Below the pieces are notes generated by a model, which was not told where the DNA came from, ran no database searches, and saw only the letters and a program-made list of their open reading frames with translations. The position numbers and the translations under genes are program-made. Source: Anthoceros angustus (taxonomy: Eukaryota > Plantae > Anthocerotophyta). From it: a stretch of DNA of 64,000 nt. Positions 1-12,392 of the stretch are shown here, piece by piece (the first letter of the stretch is position 1; each line of letters opens with the position of its first letter). The DNA lies in NCBI GenBank assembly GCA_010909165.1, contig VJWM01000126.1, forward strand, positions 434,001-498,000, read 5' to 3'.

Positions 1-107
1 CAACATTCTTTCATGCTGTCGCTCCTGCTGATGTATAGGTAGGGTGGTCGGTCATGTTGCTATGAAGATGGTGTTTTTTTGTCAACCCATTTGTTGTGTT
101 GTATTAG

Positions 108-1653
108 GCTGGCCAATTGGCAGAGAGCATAGCACGTGCAATTGATGGTCCACTTGCTGAAAAGATTGACATGTCTGAAGAGCAGGTAAGCAAGCACCAG
201 AATTGCTGATGTCTGTTGTAGAGACGTTTCTTCAGCTGCGGTGCGCATCTGTACTACTCAAACATAATATTAGGTGCGCAGGGTGAGTTCTCCGCTGTAA
301 CAACGAAAGCCCTTTCAACTCTAGTGATAGGGATTGAGACAAAGCTTGACGCTGAGCTAGCCAACATGACCAGGGTAAACTGGGCCGCGATTGAGGCTGT
401 TGGAGATCAGTCTGAGTAAGCCCAATGCATTTCCGTATGTCGTAACACGCTTTTACTGGAGTTGCACCCTTGACTCGTCCGTGTGTCTGTTGATCTCCTC
501 CTCAGACACTGTTTCATTGTTTCTGGAACAGGTATGTTACTGCCATCAGCCACATCCTATCGAACAGTGTTCCTCCTATTGCTAGCTTGTTGTCTCCTGT
601 CTTCTTCCAGTTCTTCATAGACAAGGTACAATGCATTGTCTGCATGCCTCTGTTCTACGATGTCAGCTTGTTAGGTGTAGAGAGATCTCTGATCCACGAG
701 CTGTCTGCAGTTATCAGCGTCATTTGCCCCAAGATTCCAGTTCAGTATCTACAAGTGTAGAAGAATATCTGAGACTGGAGCTCAACAGGTCCGCCACCGC
801 TACTCTTTCAGGAAGGAACCTAAATACTGAACGATACATCTGATCGATCATTCTGCCTTCGTGTGTGCAGCTGCTGCTTGACACACAGGCAATTAAGACT
901 CTTCTGCTCGAAATACCATCTCTGGGTGGTCAGGTGCGTTCACTATCATGGTTGGCAGTGGATGTTCATTTCCACATCTCCCACGATTTTGACCTTGCTG
1001 TCATGCAGAGTAGCACCCCAGCTACTTACAGTAAGTACGTCACCCGAGAAATAGCCAAGGCGGAATCTCTTCTCAAGGTACGAGCTCCATTTTCACAGTT
1101 CCACGACCCACAGAACCTGTGAGGCCCTTGCGTTGATCAAAACACTCCAATGGCGAGTACAGGTAATCTTGTCACCAGTGGAGGCCATAGCGGACACGTA
1201 TCGAGCTCTATTACCAGAGGGTACAGCTGCAGATTTCCAGCGGATACTCGACCTGAAGGTCGGCATCTTTAGCAAGGCCTGTTCTCAACTCATGAAACCC
1301 TTGCCCTGCTTCCTCACGTTCGGTTTAACGTGCAGGGCTTGAAGAGGCAAGAACAGCAGTCCCTCGTAGATTACTACAGCAGGCGTGGCGTTGGAGGCAT
1401 GAACGTTGCAGCACCGTCCGCTCCGTCTGTAGCCTTACCTGGAGTTGCCTCCATGCTCCATTCTCCCATACCCCTAGGCGGTGCTACAAAAGACGCGATG
1501 ATGGCCAAAGCCGCAGCGGCCGCAGCTGCGGGCAAAGCTGCAGCGGCTGCTGCGTCTGCGACCGGACTCAAGCGCATTTTCCAACTCGCGGAATCCGCTA
1601 AAGAAGGGGCTGCCAAGAAGGAGGGTACCTTCCGCAAGCTGTTCAACTCTTAG
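108..1653 (+). CDS. VPS53: VPS53 (GARP complex subunit), 3' exons only; exons ~108-184, 283-416, 531-625, 709-788, 871-933, 1009-1077, 1164-1257, 1336-1653
   Basis: GT-AG bounded exons splice to GEFSAVTTKALSTLVIGIETKLDAELANMTRVNWAAIEAVGDQSE...LLLDTQAIKTLLLEIPSLG...VILSPVEAIADTYRALLPEGTAADFQRILDLKGLKRQEQQ...KKEGTFRKLFNS*, which matches the plant VPS53/HIT1 C-terminus as I recall it. Confidence 0.9.
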
Positions 1654-2191
1654 CACACGCTAGCCCGCAGAGTTGGACAGTTGGCTTATCCTGCTCGGCT
1701 TCCACATCGATAACTTCGAAAATCAGTGGAAGGGCCGCCTTGAGTTCAGCTCCCTTCACTTCTGTAGGCAATCCTTCACCCGAGCACACAACTGTCCTGC
1801 GAATTCCACATCTGTTTTGTGAAATTGTAGGAACGACGTTCCGTTTCCAGCAAAATGTGCTCGCGAGTCTCAGTGCACCTCTTTCCTTGCAAAGTCGGCA
1901 ACACCCTAGCCCCTGCAAACAGCCAGACTTCACGGATGTGATGCCGCTCGACAGTAACCCTGAAGCTGGTATGCCGCCATCGCCAGGTAAGTCTCGGTAG
2001 GTTTCCTAGCAGCCATCAAAGGGAACGGAGGCTGCCTGAGAGAGAGACATGGAATCTGTCACCCTGCTCTCAGCAGCCGATGCTCCAAGCAAGGACATGG
2101 GATACCGCTCAATCTGATTAGCAGGAGCAATAAACGATCCAACCTCGTTGCAACGCAAGGCGCTTGAAGTGGACTGGAAGTCGGGTCGGTG

Positions 2192-5100
2192 CTAGACGGC
2201 CTGCAGCTCCTGCCATACCTCCCTCATGCTCGGCCTGTCGTCCGAGCTGAACTGCACACATTGGACAGCCAGCATCGCCACGCTCAAGATGGACTGCTTT
2301 CCGATGGCGGTTTGGAAAGTGTCGTGGAGAGCGGGATCGATCAGCTGCTGGATGTCACCATCGGCATGAACGAGCGGAACTGCCAGGTTGATGAGACTGC
2401 CTTTGGCGCCCTCGCCTCTGTTCCGATCCACTGCAGGCTGCGAGGTGATGAGCTCCAGCAACACCACACCGAAGGAGTACACATCGCTCTTTCCCGTCAG
2501 CTTGGAGTTCACGCAGCTCTCGGGATCCATGTAGCCGAACGTCCCCTGGAGCATGAGAGCGGTGACGTGAGTTGCATCCAGAGCCGGTGCAAGCTTGGAG
2601 ATTCCGAAGTCCGCCACCTTGGCATTTAGGTTCTCGTCCAGCAGGATGTTGGCGGACTTCACGTCCAGATGGTAGATAGGAGGGTTGGCCGCAGAATGGA
2701 TGTAGGCCAAAGCATCTGCCGTTTGAAGTGCAATCTTGAGGCGCTGTCTCCACGTTAAGGGCCCGGATTGTCCTGTTCTCTGGTGTCCCCGTAGGTGCTC
2801 CTCGAGTGTGCCGTTGGGAACGTACTCGAACACCAGGAGAGCCACTTCGTTGGCGAAGCAGCAGCCGAGAAGTTTGACCAGGTTCCGGTGATGGACCTGC
2901 GACAGGATCCTGACTTCGTTGAGGAACTGCTGCCTGTCCACCTGGGATCCTTCCCGCTTGCTCTTCTTAATTGCTACCTTTCTGCCATCGTCCAGCATGC
3001 CTTGGTAAACAGTTCCGAATCCACCTACTCCTATCTGACAACTCTCGGAGAAGTTGGCTGTGGCTCTCTTCAGTTGTTTGAATGACATCAGAGTCGTGGC
3101 TGTGTCCTTGCAATTATCCCGCAACTCTGCCAACAGGTCTGTGTCCTTCTGATGCCTCCTAAAATAGATCTTCCAGCGCCAGCAAAGGGCAAGACAGCAT
3201 CCAGCTATGATGAGCGCAGAGGTGGACAGAACAGCCAGAAGCTGCCATGGTTTTATGACTCGACTCTTGGGGCCTGCATGACACATTGGGGCAATGTCAT
3301 CACAACCCCGGCCACACACATCAAGTCAGGCACCAGCTTCAATGCCGCATGCCATGTCTCTAAATGAAATGCGAGATCCATACCTGAGGCTGGGTGTCGG
3401 CAATCTGGTAAAGTGGGACTTCCACAAAGTCCTGGATTACCATGGAAGAGCAGCGTGACATTATCAGGGAGGCGGGGGAGTGGTCCCGTGAGGTTGTTGT
3501 TGGAAATATCAAGAACCGTTAGGTTAAGCATCTCGCTGAATCCATTCGGGATCTGCCCCACAAGTGGTTGTTGGATAAGTTCACCAACTTCAGGGAAGGC
3601 ATAAAGGTTTTCGTGAACACATCAGCTGATATCTGCCCTGTCAAGTTGCTGTTGCTCAGATCCAGGACCTCCAAGAGCGGCAATTTTCCGATGGACGAAG
3701 GCAGACTGCCTATATAATAGATGCTGCTTAACCGAAGCTCCCTCAAGCTGACATGAGTCTCCAAGATGACCTGCAGGGTGTGACGTTCATTGTCAGAGCT
3801 CAAGTTGAGAAAGTTGTTGCTCATGTCCAACACTTCCAAGCTCTGCCAGTGCCCAGGCCCTGCTGGAATGTCTCCAGAGAAGTGATTGTTTGCTAGCCGC
3901 AGTTCTCTCAAGCTGGACAGCTGATGTAAGCACGTTTGGCTTATATCTCCAGACAACTGGTTATTGTGAAGCCACAGCTGTTGCAGCCTGCCCTTCTGTA
4001 CTTCTGCCAACTCTGCTGGAATAGGGCCCTCCAGAAAGTTATAGCTGAGGTCTAGGATTTCCAGACTTGTCCAAACGGCGATTTCCCCACTTCTCCAGTT
4101 GTTTGCCAGTGGAAGTCTTCCGGTAAAACGGTTGCCTGAGAGTCGAATTTCCCTTAGGGTTTCTGAGATAGCAAGTCCTTGCACGCTTCCAGACAGGCGG
4201 TTGTTGTGGAGCCACAGTTGCTTCAATCCACTTCCGAATACGAAATTGTTAGTAAGGTCGCCCTCTAGCATATTGTTACTCAAGTCCAGTATGACCTGCG
4301 CGTTGGAGAAGCCACGGACGGGAATCCTTCCCGAGATGGAATTACCTGATACATTTAAGTATGTCAGGCTGGTCAGGGGACCGGCTTCTAGCAAGTTAGG
4401 AGGGATGCTACCACTGAGCTTATTGCATGCGAGATCGACCACTTCTGTGTTCTTATTCCAGGTCCCAGGAGGAATCTCACCGGTAAGCAGGTTGGAAGCA
4501 AGATTCAGGAATGCGAGACTGGGCATGTGGGCAAGCCCAGACGGCACGGTGCCCTGTAGTAAATTGGCTGACAGGTCCAAGTACTTGAGGTTCCTCGAAC
4601 CCTCCAAACCGGGAGCTCTTCCTGTCAGCCTGTTGTTATTGAGAAACAGCGACTCCAGGTGAGTAAGATTTGCCAGGTCTGGAATTTCTCCAGAAAGCAT
4701 GTTGCCCCCAACATGCAGCTCCTGGAGATGGTAGAGACCACTCAGCCAAGAAATGTTACCACTGAGAGAATTTTGTTGAGCATAAAAAAATTGTAGGCTC
4801 GGGAGGTGAGCGATATTGGCAGGAATGCTGCCTGTCAGATTGTTAGCCCCCAGATTCAGCTGAATCAAGGTCTTGGCATTCATGATCTCTCCAGGTATAC
4901 CACCAGAAAAGTCATTTCCAGACAAATCCAGATACTCGATGCTCTCCAGAGAACCAAGAACACTCGGCAGACTGCCGGAGAGGCCCTCACCCTGGAGTTG
5001 TAGGCTGGAGACGTTCCCAGCGCTGTTGCATACTACTCCATACCAGGCACAGGGATTCTCTGTGCTGTCATTCCAGCTGCTGAGAATCCCTGCACCATCC

Positions 5101-5237
5101 ACAATTTGCTCTTTCATTTGCAGCAAGATCAAACCATCCGAGGACAACGCCTTGATTTGGCAGGACAGCTGGGAGAACAGAACAAAGAGAAGACAAAGAT
5201 GGCGCAGTACCAAAGCCAAACATCTTATTGCACCCAT
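2192..5237 (-). CDS. LRR receptor-like kinase copy 1 (signal peptide, LRRNT, ~20 LRRs, TM, WAK-type non-RD kinase); intron 3274-3383; one frameshift near 3557; early TAG at 2192
   Basis: ORFs 3519-5318, 3253-3561 and 2192-3319; [16 protein letters not shown] cap, LxxLxLxxNxLsGxIP repeats, [23 protein letters not shown], kinase motifs Gx[33 protein letters not shown]. The GT...AG intron restores the frame (PAS-G-PKSR). Confidence 0.92.
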
Positions 5238-5645
5238 CTTTATTACTAAACAAATTAAAGAAATGCAGATTACATGATTGCAAAGGTATGTAATGAATAA
5301 AAGAGTATGAAAAATCACAATAGCTGGTTTCTCAAGTGCGGCCGGCCGCGGAGCTTAGGTTGAGGCTGTCGTAATACTTCACTATGTTTAATCGTGCATT
5401 GCCTTCAGGTTGCAATACTTGACTTATCCAAGTAATTGGCTCAAATTTTGAAAAGTGCTGGTCACCAAGTTGTTCTTTTAATGTTCAGATGCTCGCTCCC
5501 AACGTTCTACATGTTTACATTTTTATAGTGACTTTTGTATGAATATATACCTCTTTTTATAAGTATAAAAATCTTTTTTGCTTTATTAATTGATGATCAA
5601 TCTCTAAAAGTTATAGCTATGAAATCTCAAGTTGTGATCCAAATA

Positions 5646-5960
5646 AAAAGTATGGGATGGTCATCTTGAGGTTAAATGCTAAAAATGAAGAGCAATACAC
5701 CAATAGGTGTATACTTTACAATCAATCAAAGTAAAAAGTATGGGATGGTCATCTTGCGGTTAAATACTGAAAATGAAGAGCAATATACCAATAGGTGGAA
5801 TATTTTATAACCGATCTAGCGTGACCTACTAGGTAAATTGCCTTGAGAGATTGTGCATTTGGGATGTCACAAACAAGAGGCATTTGTTTCTCATTTCAAG
5901 GTAAACTGTTCTTAGGAGATTGTGCACATGGGATGTCATGAACAAGAGGCATTTGTTTGT
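5646..5960. repeat. Two short direct duplications upstream of RLK1 (~88-bp unit x2 at 5646-5815; ~70-bp unit x2 at 5847-5960)
   Basis: AAAGTATGGGATGGTCATCTTG...CCAATAGGTG occurs twice; GAGATTGTGCA...AACAAGAGGCATTTGTTT occurs twice. Confidence 0.75.
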
Positions 5961-8900
5961 GACTTATGATTCTGATATGTTCATATTGTTGCATAAATCA
6001 AGAAATATATTAATAATATTTTATAAAATATTATTAATTTATTTTAAGTATATTTTAGTTCAACTAGATTATATAGGTATAATGATGGTGAGAGTATCAT
6101 ATAGTTGCTTGTGAGCACGTTCCACACATTAAGTCTAGATCAAGATCAGCCTCTTGTATAGAATAACACTCATGGAACGTGAGGGGGCCGTAGCCCTTCT
6201 AATGACCTTGCCTCCAATTTGACACACTATTGTCGCTACCCAAATGACCTAAGGCTTATTAAGTAATACTATCCAAGCCAAGAAGTTGAACGTAAGCGAT
6301 GTGATGGCCCTCTCAGAGATCATTGTTGCCCTTATCGAATAGAACTCTTGATGGTTTCCTAGGGCTCAAAACGTGCCTCACTGGTTTTCTAGGGCTCATA
6401 GCATACCTCACCAGTGCACGCAATGGTCACCTCCAGGCCTTGCGAGAGCAATCCAAGAAATTTGAAAAGCTTGTTAGGCAGAAAGAAAAGAGAGGGCTCA
6501 ACCGCAAAATGACGAGGGGCTTTCATGCAATTTTTTGTGCTCAAATATTCATTGTTTTTTTTTCAAAGGGCATGTTAACTTTATGCAGTTTTCTACTAAT
6601 ATCATAATTACGAATGTCCGCCTTTCTCATGGCCAGCTCTGAGGAAGGCCAGCACGCCGGCCCCTAGGTCGCAATGCTCTTCATCGGCCTCCTCGTCCTC
6701 CTCGGCCCCGCGGGCACCGGTGCCTGCCACTCGGGCCGCTCGCTCGCTGGGCGCCTGACCGGGCGCACAGAGAAGGTCCGATTGCGGTGGTGAGAAGTTG
6801 GGCTACCGGCTACCGGTTGAGCGAATTGGGTATCACCGCATTGCCGGGTGCTGCAGCAGGACGGAGCGGGATGGGCGCCTTGGGAGCGAGCATCTCGGAT
6901 GTGAGCGGCCAGGGCGGTTGTGGCGCGACTTTCACCGACGGTCACCGGCGCCACAATCCTGCAAGTGTCGCTGTAGTAAGGAGGTCCGCTTCCCAAGAGA
7001 ATGATAGGTCTGGCACACGCTTCAATCAAGCTTCTCACCTCACGTAGTACCCGCTTTTAGACTCCACACATTCCTCGCTTTACGACTAACACTATTCAAC
7101 GGACAAATTGTTGCGGGCTAAACGCTTATGACCCGCTCGCGTCCAGATCATTCAAGTTTGTTACTCGTCCTCCGTCCGCTTCCTCTCACCATTCACACTT
7201 CACTCATTATCCTTGGAGAAAATCGCGTGGTCACATGGGTCCGACCTCTCCGCCGCTGTGCCTCCGTCCGGCTCTACACGCCCGAGTTCCTCGCTCACGA
7301 TTCCGGTCCGTCCGACGCCGGGTCACTGCCGGACGAGCAAGGGTCCTGGTCGCCTCGCACACACCACCACACGTTAGGGGTCCGTCACAGACCTTGACGG
7401 GCCCGAGCCGCCGGGCATGCTCAGTGACTCAGGACTCACGCTAGCAAGAAGGCACGCAAAGGGCCTACAAGAAGACGCGGCGTCAACACCAAGAGAAAGA
7501 TACTTTACTAGAGCAGCCTCAGCTCTCTTATACTACGTCCAAGGTCGGCGTCTTTATTACACTCCTATTCTGAGTGGGTGGCCAGCTCAGTGTGCCCTAA
7601 TCGCCGCCTACCATCTTACGCCCCTCATCTCCGCTCGCCTGTGGGCCTGGGATGCCTTGTTCCGCCTCGGTCCGCCGATGACCCCACTGCTCGACCGCCG
7701 CGGCGCCCCCAATCGGATGATCCGCGAGGTGGGACCCCTTCCCCTTCCCGAGACCCCGCCAGTTGGCCGGTCTGACGACCGCGGTAACCACCACATCTTC
7801 CTCTCCTAGCCCGCGAGTGGGTCCCCTCCCAGTAGGGCCACCGATTGACTGTTCTCCTTGCGTGAGCTCTGAGGGGTCCTCACCTCGAGTCCGGACCTCG
7901 GGTCCGGTCGACTCGGGTCCGAACTGTTCGGACTTATTTCCAGAGTCCGGTCTTCCGGGTCCGGTCTCATCTGTGGGGTTCGGACCTCAAGGTCCGAACT
8001 CATTACCAGGGTCCGGTCCTCAAGTCCCGGACCCCCAACCCCCGGACCACCTACTATTAGGGGTCCGTCCTCGCTAGCCGGCCTCCTTCCCTAGCTCGGA
8101 TCCGGTTGGTTCCCTCCTTCCTCACCTCCTTCGGGACCCTCGTCCCTATCCTCCCTGACTGGTTGCGGCTATCTTACCTCCAGGTCTATTGTGTTGGCCG
8201 GCCTGCCCTCCTGGGCTCTTCTCCGCTGTGCCCCTGTCCCCAACAGGCCACCAAGGCCCCGTGGTCTCCCCATGCCCTTCTTCCTCCACTCCTTCGGAGC
8301 CTTCCGGAGGGTCGTCTGCAGCGGGTGTAAACGATCTAGGCTGGAAACCCTGTAAAATGTGCCCGGGCGAATTTTTTTGTTTTTTGCGAGAGTGGTGTGA
8401 AAATAAGTCGATTGACGGTAGTTGAGGATATTCATAGTAAAATGTCCTTGGCCTATGGAGTTCTTTTGTTTTATTGCCTAGGTTAGATAATAAATGGTCC
8501 GGAAACCTGTTCCTTGGCCCATGGACCCCGACATCCACTACAAGGTCTATATATGCGGGTAGGGGTGGTTATTTGGGGTTTGTCACCTTGAGTTAGGGGT
8601 CGACCCATGCCAGAGTCGAATGAGTGTGGGGTTGTGGATCAAGTGGGCGAGCGGTCGTAGAAGACAACCAGTGGTAGGGGAAGCCAAACTTAACCCTAAG
8701 GAAACCAGGTAAAGTGACCAGAGCGCGTTCAAACGGCGGAGCGCAACAGCGGCTGGAGCGACAGTGAGGAGTGGAGCGCAACGGCGGCTGGAGCGTGAGG
8801 TCGTCGAGGAGCTGCATTCGAGAGGCGGACCGTGATCAGTTGGAGAGCGAGAGGCGCGGCGGAGGGCCGCCAACCTCACCTGAAGTCGCAACCCCGTGGA

Positions 8901-11811
8901 AGGAAGGCGGGCGGGCGGGCCATGGAGGAGGTAGGAACTCGAGTCCGACTGCCAGAAATTCGCGCAGGTGTCACCTATTTGAGGCGCGAGACCGGGGACT
9001 ATCATGAAGGATGGCGCCCAAAGCCACAAATGAGATTGCGCTGCCCAATGGCCAAACATGGACCATTGGAAAGTCCGAGCTGGGGCCCGTGAAGGAGCTC
9101 GGGCCGGGTTCATGGAGAAGCGTGGAATTACACGAATTCGGATCGGTGCAGGAGTGCGCCGCCACCTAAAAGACAAGCAACCGGCGAGGGAATTAGAGCA
9201 AAACCTCGTGGATTGGGACCGCATTGGTTAGGGAAGTGTATGGGCGCAAGGAGGAGGCAGGGGTTTGGTGATGGAACCTTCTCGAAAAGGAGCACAAGAA
9301 GAAGCCCGCCCGTGAAGGCGGGCGAATCCGAACCCAATGGTTGGTCGACGCGAGAATTGGCAACAAAGACAGCTTAATGGTCCGCCAGATGGCTTCTCCG
9401 CTTCCTACAAAGACAAGAAGTGTGGATTATTTGTCCGACCACTTGCCGTTGTTCCTCCATGAAGTTGTCAAGGGGCGAAAATCGACCGGGGACGAATCCT
9501 CTTGAGAAGTTGAGTGAAGAAAGGTTGAATCGATTTCTCCTACCCCGGCCCTCTCTAATTTCACCATTCCTAGTTCATCTTTATGCGCATGCTAATTGCA
9601 GTAGAAATTGTGGCCTCCTTCATATGTGGAAGCCCGTGGAGGTGAAGTGGAAAGCGGAGGAGCCTAAGGAGGAAATTGAGGAGGAATCTGACACTGGGAG
9701 TCCATGGCGACAGTGCCCGAGGAAGAAGAAAATTTCTACCAAAGAAGAAGAGGAAGACCGGAGTGGCGACGGTCCCAAAAAAAGTGAAGGTGGGGCAGCG
9801 TCACGGTCGGCGGTGCAGCTGAGGAAAAAGCAAAGAAAATGAAAGCCAAACGGCAGATCGAGGTGGCGGAGGAAGGCGCGCGGCGGCCATGGAGGAGGTA
9901 GGAACTCGAGTCCGACTGCCAGAAATTCGCGCAGGTGTCACCTATTTGAGGCGCGAGACCGGGGACTATCAGAAGGATGGCGCCCAAAGCCACGAGATTG
10001 CGCTGCCCAATGGCCAAACATGGACCATTGGAAAAGTCCGAGCTGGGGCCCGTGAAGGAGCTCGGGCCGGGTTCATGGAGAAGCGTGGAATTACACGAAT
10101 TCGGATCGGTGCAGGAGTGCGCCGCCACCTAAAAGACAAGCAACCGGCGAGGGAATTAGAGCAAAACCTCGTGGATTGGGACCGCATTGGTTAGGGAAGT
10201 GTATGGGCGCAAGGAGGAGGCAGGGGTTTGGTGATGGAACCTTCTCGAAAAGGAGCACAAGAAGAAGCCCGCCCGTGAAGGCGGGCGAATCCGAACCCAA
10301 TGGTTGGTCGACGCGAGAATTGGCAACAAAGACAGCTTAATGGGTCCGCCAGATGGCTTCTCCGCTTCCTACAAAGACAAGAAGTGTGGATTATTTGTCC
10401 GACCACTTGCCGTTGTTCCTCCATGAAGTTGTCAAGGGGCGAAAATCGACCGGGACGAATCCTCTTGAGAAGTTGAGTGAAGAAAGGTTGAACCCGACCC
10501 TACCCCGCCCTCTCTAATTTCACCATTCCTAGTTCATCTTTATGCGCATGCTAATTGCCCGCCAGGTAGAAATTGTGGCCTCCTTCATATGTGGGAGGTG
10601 AAGTGGAAAGCGGAGGAGCCTAAGGAGGAAATTGAGGAGGAATCTGACACCGGGAGTCCATGGCTGTGCCTGAGGAAGAGAAGGAAATTTCTACCAAAGA
10701 AGAAGAGGAAGACCGGAGTGGCGACGGTCCCAAAAAAAGTGAAGGTGGACGCACAAGGTCAAGGCGGTGCAAGGCTGAGAAAGCAAAGAAAATGAAAGCC
10801 AAACGGCAGATCGAGGTGGCGGAGGAAGAGGCGCGTCCGAGGAAGAAAATTTTGCCGACTGGATGCGTATGATGAGCCGGCCGGAGGAATTAGGTCGACC
10901 TCGTGAGCGGACCCTCCTCGGCATGGGAAGAGATTTTCAAGGGGACTCCAGCAGAGGTGGGCAGGGTGGTGGTGCGCACTTTGTTGGGAAGGAAGGTGCT
11001 CGACGGAGGGATGGCTGCACGGGCCGCCGCAATGTGGAATTACGAGGCGGCGACGCCGATGATCCGGGCCCAAGCGGATTTGTTGGACCAAGCGGCCTTG
11101 GCTCTCACATGGCTCAAGGCAAGGGGCGGAGGAAGTGGTGAAGGCCAGTTTGATTTAAGGAGAAGCCCAGTATAAGCAAGCTGGAGGAAGACAAGCGGGC
11201 CTTAGAGGAGATAAGAATCAAGCTTGAGGAGGATTTGTGCAGGCCTGTGAGAAGCCGCAGCCATGACGAGTCACAGGAAGCGCCATGGCTCAAATCAAGG
11301 ATGCCCACGAGTCAAACCAGAGATGCAGGGGAGTTGTGAGCCCGGAGGCGGGCGGCCTCGGTGAGAAGGTCCATAAGTCATGGAACGGTATAAACGGAAA
11401 GGGATGAGGCACGTGGTGAACCCGGAAAAGAAGGCGGGTGGCGGGACTACGGCGGGTAGTGAAGGCACTACCGGAGGGAAGGACGCAGCAGCCAAGGTAG
11501 CTGAAACACCTATTGGAATTAAGTTAGTAGTTATGAATGGTTAGACCATTCTAGTTTATTAATTAGTTATGCCTTTTAGTTCAGACGGTTTAATAACCGC
11601 TTGGCATCTTGTATATAGCTGCGGCTATTCTCCTTTAATATTACTCTCTTTTATTCATGCTTGGCTCTCGCACTTATCTTGCTCCCGCGCTATGCCTTGT
11701 GCTGCACCATCGCACTAGTGATGTTAGATCCTAGTCTACCATTTTCATATGGTATCAGAGCCACTCCATCGCGAAAAGTCGGTAGCTGATAGCCCCGCAT
11801 CTTGTTCTCAA

Positions 11812-12392
11812 ATGCCTAGGCGCAGACCGCACGCTGCCCCGATCTATATGCAACGGACAGAGAGAGTCTTTGCCCTGATTGCAGATCTGAGGAGCGACGT
11901 GCCTCTCGACCAGCAGCACAAGTTTCAACGTCGGTCAGAAGGAATCAGGAACGCTCTGAATCACCTCCAGCCAGTGTGGAGCGCAACCCGTACCCACACG
12001 AGATCAACACAGCTCTTGAGCTCGTATCGAAGGACGTCCTCAATCTGAGGAAGAACTCAACCATCCGCCGCAAAGGTGTGAACGAAATCATTATCTTTCG
12101 GCAATTGAGTTTCCTTCGAAGACGGGTCAAAGCTAGAGATCTCCTTGTTGAGAGACTCTGTGAGGGAATTCATTCACTTCACATCTTGTGTGAGGATTAC
12201 TCGACCTCCCTCGTTCGAACTCATCACGTTCTAGGGAGCCTTGCACCATGCTGTAAACCACCTTTTCCCTTTTCTATGCAAGCACCGGACGAGGAAGATG
12301 ATGCTTACGATATCTCCTTCCTGCTTTCGATGCTCGCATCTACCTTTGGGATTTCTCCTCAATCTTTAGAGATAGCAAGAGCTTACATCTAA
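11812..12392 (+). CDS. C1 extra ORF upstream of gag (~190 aa after one frameshift near 11975), function unknown
   Basis: MPRRRPHAAPIYMQRTERVFALIADLRSD...LNHLQP / ERNPYPHEINTALELVSKDVLNL...LEIARAYI*; lies between the PBS and the gag ATG (12429). Confidence 0.55.

Noticed and set aside
6113-7060. Possible degenerate gag-like fragment and a GC-rich 124-aa ORF
   Set aside because: No diagnostic motif, termini or TSD could be established.
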